From: an uncultured delta proteobacterium
GTDB taxonomy: Bacteria; Desulfobacterota; Desulfobacteria; Desulfobacterales; QNYZ01
Direction of reading: 5' to 3'
Length of the DNA stretch: 64,000 nucleotides
Assembly (NCBI GenBank): GCA_963845145.1
Contig: CAWJQU010000008.1
Location: forward strand, 512,001 to 576,000
The notes under the pieces were generated by a model that was not told the DNA's origin, searched no databases, and worked only from the letters and a program-made list of their open reading frames with translations. Position 1 is the first letter of the stretch, and every line of letters starts with the position of its first letter. The position numbers were made by a program, and so were the translations under genes. Positions 60,869 to 64,000 of this stretch are shown here, in pieces.

Positions 60869-62398
60869 TTATTGACAATACGTGTTCATAAATTCTAATA
60901 AATTGGTTGAATCGAAAGTGATTTTCGATCTCTTTTTAAAATCTAACAACTCGTGGAATATTTCCTGAGCAGATTGATATCTGACCGCTCTATCCTTTTC
61001 CAGGCATTTCATGACAATACGATTAAGCTCCCTAGGAATATCAGGCCGAATCGTTTTGAGTGGCGTAATCGTCTCATAGGGGATAGACATCGCGGCGTCG
61101 ATATCATTTTTAAATTCAAATAATTGGCGTCCGGTCAGGACCTCATAGAAGACAACACCAAAAGCATAGATATCCGTTCGACTATCGACCTTTTGTCCCA
61201 AAGCCTGTTCCGGTGACATATACTGTTGTTTTCCCTTAACCTGCCCGGTTCGGGTAAAACTTGGCTCGGATTTGGCTTTGGCTAGGCCAAAATCAGCAAT
61301 CTTAACCTCCCCCTCAAAGGACACCATGACATTTTGGGGACTGATATCACGGTGGACAATATCCAGTGGCGTCCCTGATTTATCATCTTTCTTTGAATGG
61401 GCGTATTGTAATCCCGTAATGATTTTTAATGCTAAAAAAACCGAAAGATCAATGGAAAGTCCTGCTTTAATTCGACTCATAATCTCAGATAGATTAAAGC
61501 CATCGACATATTCCAAGACAATAAAATAAGCGTCTTCAAATTGACCATAATCCGTTATCTGGACAATATTGGGGTGTCGTAAATAAGCGGCTATCCTCGC
61601 TTCACGGATAAACATACTAATAAATTCCTGATCTTGAGCCAGGTGAGATAGGATTTTCTTTAAGGCAACCGTTCTTCGAAACCCATCCTTACTCGTATGT
61701 TCGGCCCTATAAAGCTCGGCCATGCCCCCTTGGCCTATCTTATCGACTAATACATAAGGGCCGACTCGGGTCATATCCTGCTGTGTTTTCTGAGTTTGTG
61801 ATTTCCTTGTTCTTAAAACATAATTCGCTATCCATATTGATAAGATCCAGGCCAAAGTAGTCGAAGCCAGAATGAATAAAAAAGTAGCTTTATTTTTTAC
61901 CAAAGTGCCGTATAGGCCAGAGGTAGATAGTGATAGCAATACCCTGCCGATATCAATATCAGAATAATTCACATTTGCGGCGAAACGAACGATTCTATTA
62001 TCGTTTGTCAGTGTCAAGGCATCGATAACCACCTCGTTGGTAATACCCACATTTTTTTTATTTTTTATTTTTATACGGTCCTGTTGTTTGATTTTAATAT
62101 TTGACCAAATAATAGTATTTTCTTCAGAGTCTAAGATCTCTATTGAATAAATATCTTCGATTTCTTGGAAATTTTGTATCGTCTTGTTTAGAGAAGGTAG
62201 GTCATTTTTAAGAAGTGACGGGCCTATTTTCGAGGCGAGATTTTGTGCTATAATTATACCCCTTTTATATAGATCATTTAATAACCGGGTTTTTGAGTGG
62301 TAGAAAAAACGATAAGCGCCAATGTTTAGTATCAACCATGCAACAATACTAATAACAACTAATTTTTTATTACTATTAAAAAATTCAACCATTTTCAA
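60869..62398 (-). CDS. Membrane Ser/Thr (Hanks) protein kinase with N-terminal extracytoplasmic sensor
   Basis: Two hydrophobic segments flanking a ~135-aa loop, then GQGGMAELY, VALKK, HRDISPQN, DFG, YMSPEQ, DIYAFG. Confidence 0.95.
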   Translation of the reverse strand: MKMVEFFNSNKKLVVISIVAWLILNIGAYRFFYHSKTRLLNDLYKRGIIIAQNLASKIGPSLLKNDLPSLNKTIQNFQEIEDIYSIEILDSEENTIIWSNIKIKQQDRIKIKNKKNVGITNEVVIDALTLTNDNRIVRFAANVNYSDIDIGRVLLSLSTSGLYGTLVKNKATFLFILASTTLAWILSIWIANYVLRTRKSQTQKTQQDMTRVGPYVLVDKIGQGGMAELYRAEHTSKDGFRRTVALKKILSHLAQDQEFISMFIREARIAAYLRHPNIVQITDYGQFEDAYFIVLEYVDGFNLSEIMSRIKAGLSIDLSVFLALKIITGLQYAHSKKDDKSGTPLDIVHRDISPQNVMVSFEGEVKIADFGLAKAKSEPSFTRTGQVKGKQQYMSPEQALGQKVDSRTDIYAFGVVFYEVLTGRQLFEFKNDIDAAMSIPYETITPLKTIRPDIPRELNRIVMKCLEKDRAVRYQSAQEIFHELLDFKKRSKITFDSTNLLEFMNTYCQ

Positions 62399-62438
62399 AT
62401 AAGGTTTTTATAAGTTAGCCTGATTGCTATTTGTAACT

Positions 62439-62605
62439 TAAGCCGAAATTGAGCGATTGTTTACTCGCTCTTCACCAATCTATTGGGCGCAAAGGTTTTC
62501 AAGAATACTCGACATATCCAATGGGCATGCCTCCGTTTTTTGAAAACCTTATCATCTCAATATGTTGAGACATAGCTTCGAAAAAAAGTCGCTCAACTTA
62601 GGTTA
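62439..62605. repeat. Nested-palindrome REP/MITE-like element
   Basis: Outer arms TTGAGCGA (62449) / TCGCTCAA (62589); inner arms AAGGTTTTCAA (62492) / TTGAAAACCTT (62540). Confidence 0.6.
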
Positions 62606-63561
62606 AAGCATAGAGCTATTCCATACAGATACTTTATTTTCCCCCGCTTCTTTCGCGCGATAGAGTGCTTGGTCTGCGAATGCTAATAATTATAGACCTT
62701 CCTTTCCATGCTGAGAATAAAGGGCGATACCAATTGATATCATCGGCCTGAGTGGGATTTGGTCTTTTTCCATACCGGCATCTTCAATGCCCATTCGAAT
62801 TTGTTCAGCCAGCCTTTGAGCAACGAGTCGATCATGACCGGGGAAAAAGCGATAAATTCATCTCCGTCAAAACGACAAGCATGCCCCGCTGTGCCTATTA
62901 TCTCGCCCATTATACGGCCGGCCGTTCCGATACAATACGCGCCAAGCGGGTGTCCGTAAGTATCGTTAATAGGCTTGATACCGTGCATGTACATCATCAT
63001 CACAGCGAGTTGTTGGCTCTTTCGACGTGTGTTGACTAAAGTATTGTCTAATGCATCGTCAAAGTGTCGTTTGGATTCCAGTCCGGTCAGGGGGTCTGTT
63101 GACACCAGTTGAATCAGCTCTTTATGAAATCCGACCTCTATCTCATTCGCCAGAAAAAACCGCACGACCGAATTCCCCAGAGATATGTTTTCACCTTCTT
63201 GCAGCGCCCAAGGTGCCTTAACTGGTCGGCCGTTGACTTGCGTTCCATTGGTTGTTCCCAAATCAATTAATATATATTTCTCGTTGCCCTGCGGAACAAC
63301 CTGTACGTGCTTTCTCGACACAAGCAAGTCATTAAATGATAAGTCACAACCTTGATCTTGACCGATTATTACTGGTCCATTCACGACCAAATGTTTCCCC
63401 AAGTCACCCCTTCGTCCCCGAATTGCGGTAAGGAAAGCCTTGCGAATATGCTCCCGGACTCCTCCATCCGTAACCACGCTTAACTCGATCGTACGTGTGG
63501 AGTTATATGCGGGTTTATGATTAACCATATTAAATGCTAACGCGCTTTGTATGGTTTCCAC
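62603..63561 (-). CDS. FHA plus degenerate GGDEF protein (frameshifted, possibly a pseudogene)
   Basis: VSRKH..DLGTTNGT.VNG FHA; TDPLTGL, INDTYGH, RFDGDEF; after frame changes ISIGIA and ADQALYRAKEAG continue to about 62603. Confidence 0.8.
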
Positions 63562-63569
63562 AAGCTGGT

Positions 63570-64000
63570 TTAATGATCGCGATAAAATTTATCCGCTAAG
63601 CCATTGGTCATTTCAATAACCTTTTGGCCAATATCCGATAGGCTTTCTTGACAGATCCGGCTTTCGGCTCCCGCGATAATCCCCGTTTCCACTTCGATAA
63701 TTCTCGAATCGATACGTAGCTCATTCCCCATTTTCATTACTGAGCCAGTAATAATCGCTGAAGCTCCCAACATCTTGCCGATCTTTTGTGCCTCGGTGGT
63801 ATCGATAATCCCACTTTGCCCCACTTTTAATTCGTCGATCACCTTTCTTAACTGTTCCCGTTCAACAATTTTAAATGCATCGCTATTGACCACCTCGGTG
63901 GTAAACATTTCCGACACCATGGTGCCCAGGTTGTTGCCTCCGGAGGTATTGTTTAAGGCCTGAAATTTCATCACGGCAATTTTATATTTCTTTTTATTGC
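63570..64000 (-). CDS. CsgG/FlgO/TolB-N-like protein (3' part)
   Basis: IAVMKF, KIVEREQL..VIDE, AQKIGKMLGA.AIITGS, RIIEVETG. Confidence 0.8.
   Translation of the reverse strand, partial: NKKKYKIAVMKFQALNNTSGGNNLGTMVSEMFTTEVVNSDAFKIVEREQLRKVIDELKVGQSGIIDTTEAQKIGKMLGASAIITGSVMKMGNELRIDSRIIEVETGIIAGAESRICQESLSDIGQKVIEMTNGLADKFYRDH

Larger units (their letters stand above)
50402..64000. mobile_element. Putative tRNA-anchored genomic island (runs off window)
   Basis: Abrupt shift to AT-rich DNA right after the tRNA 3' end, accessory gene content and an IS remnant; no integrase seen in the window. Confidence 0.65.

Overview
Bacterial chromosomal window whose gene content and order (hflKC, mreBCD, NIL-ferredoxin, MglA, conserved hypotheticals) look most like a Desulfobacterota/Desulfobacterales sulfate reducer; this is an inference. 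Bases 1-50,401 are mostly housekeeping: mreBCD-mrdA, ftsK, surE, lptD, holB, metG, pyrG, eno, hflKC, groESL, xth, mnmA, mtaB, rpsU, folC and three tRNAs. Many essential genes between about 12 and 47 kb are split by single-base indels, most likely long-read consensus errors, so their coordinates are reconstructed across frameshifts and approximate. Notable core features are a single-frame cysteine synthase-CysRS fusion with no KMSKS motif, a very large GlmS-like protein with an internal candidate Ntn cysteine, a pentapeptide-repeat insertion in SurE, an orphan NusG paralogue, and a small bS22-like gene missed by the ORF track. After tRNA-Arg(CCG) at 50,401 the DNA becomes visibly AT-richer. This island-like region holds an orphan MglA GTPase, a decayed IS1595 and a compact Ser/Thr phospho-signalling cluster: receptor-topology Hanks kinase, PP2C, vWA-TM-FHA, FHA-GGDEF, MORN-FGE, MORN2 and CsgG/FlgO-like proteins, with a ModBAC-type oxyanion ABC transporter embedded in it. 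Its domain inventory resembles the T6SS threonine-phosphorylation pathway, but no T6SS genes are in view. This cluster is the best candidate for an undescribed system.
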